A stretch of 64,000 nt of DNA from Mobula hypostoma (lineage: Eukaryota): the NCBI RefSeq assembly GCF_963921235.1, contig NC_086097.1:57910001-57974000 (forward strand), in the 5' to 3' direction. The notes beneath the pieces are model-generated. The model did not search any database, was not told the origin of the DNA, and saw nothing but the letters and a program-made list of their open reading frames with translations. Position 1 is the stretch's first letter; each line of letters begins with the position of its first letter. Positions 62,937 through 64,000 of this stretch are shown piece after piece. Made by a program: the position numbers and the translations under genes.

Positions 62937-63872
62937 CAGTAGACTCGGTTAATTGGGACAGATCAGGACCAGTACATTTTGGCCAATTAAGTGGCTGCCC
63001 CAATTAGCCGAAGTTTCATGGAAATAGTTAAAACATATGAAAAAGATAAACTACAATTTAACTGAGAAACATTTATGTATTTAAACGAAATACAGAATGA
63101 GTTAGAACACTACTAATACCTCTACAGTACTATAAAACTGCATGCAAAACACACAAAATGCTGGAGGAACTCATCAGGCCAGGAAGCATTTGTGGAAAAG
63201 AGTACACTTTTCCATGGATGCTCCCTGGCCTCTTGAGTTCCTCCAGAATTTTGTGTGTGTTGCTTGGATTTTCAGCATCTGCAGATTTTCTCTTTCCTAT
63301 AAAACTGTGTATTAGTTCCTAATAGTTATCGTCAACTGTTAGCGAACAGAATCAGGGCAGACTCCTCCTGCAGATAATGGACTGCCTTCATACAATGCTT
63401 TTGATGAATGCACCCTCCAAATCTTCATTTTAATTGTTACATTCAAGGCAGTTAACTTGTTGAATTAGTGAAATCATTTCATTTTCACTCTCAGGTGTTT
63501 CTGGCATCTCCAAGTCTGAATGCTTGAAACTGCGGTGAGGAAACCTGTTCCTAATTGTCTTACTGCTTATATCTCAGCAGTTTGCAGTTACAAAAATCAC
63601 TGTATTTTGAACACAAACACAAGCAACTGGTGCTGTTTAAAAACTGATTGCTCTAAGTACAGTGTATTGTCTATCAGCCACACAAGTGCATGCAACCTAC
63701 ACTAGTGAGAAGTTGTTCGGCAACAACGTCGTGAGACAATTAGGTGGCATAGTGTCCCAAATAAATGATGGGAATCATGGTTATTTTCTCAATTTAGTTT
63801 TGTTCTTTAAGAGTTGTCCCAAATAAACAGTTGCCCTGATTAACCAATGGCCCAGTTTAGCGGAATCCACCG
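62937..63872. mobile_element. Tigger/pogo-like MITE
   Basis: Imperfect TIRs cagtagactcggttaattggg / cccagtttagcggaatccaccg; TA TSD; subterminal tgtcccaaataa repeats. Confidence 0.7.
63141..63296. mobile_element. Palindromic Penelope-like insertion
   Basis: ~55-bp inverted arms around gagtacac; 11-bp TSD CTATAAAACTG. Confidence 0.8.
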
Positions 63873-64000
63873 TATATTCTTTCTAGTTTAAGTATGGATT
63901 AGGTGCCATGAAGTAAATGCATTGCCTTGTTGCATGAACCTTCATTTACACTTACACTGGTTGTGGTACACAGCTGCTCACAGCAGTATAACTATTGCTC

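Overview
Eukaryotic, repeat-dominated window, most likely from an elasmobranch (shark/ray). This is inferred from the mix of esterase-ORF1 CR1 LINEs, a V-SINE/HE1-like SINE, Rex1 fragments and Penelope ends. I could not identify an intact host gene. Positions 1-55 kb are deeply nested transposable elements: many CR1 LINEs (one full-length copy at 14511-18895), two Gypsy LTR elements (one with PNMA/Ma-like Gag), a 1.5-kb solo LTR, a ZMYM1-like hAT, hAT/Tc1/Tigger-like MITEs, Rex1 fragments and three copies of a non-coding retroposon. Positions 55-64 kb are mostly AT-rich unique DNA with short repeats. Most notable: (1) a 164-bp circularly permuted fragment resembling the host gene CYHR1/ZFTRAF1 in the Gypsy leader; (2) a U_UUA_AAC slippery heptamer just before the ORF1 stop in three divergent CR1 ORF1 types, with ORF2 in the -1 frame; (3) a G_GGA_AAC heptamer plus H-type pseudoknot at the PNMA-like gag-pol junction; (4) minimal hammerhead ribozyme motifs in Penelope ends; (5) a CR1 chimera with a swapped ORF1. 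Family names come from motif recognition by eye, with no database search. Boundaries are exact only where a TSD or TIR is quoted.
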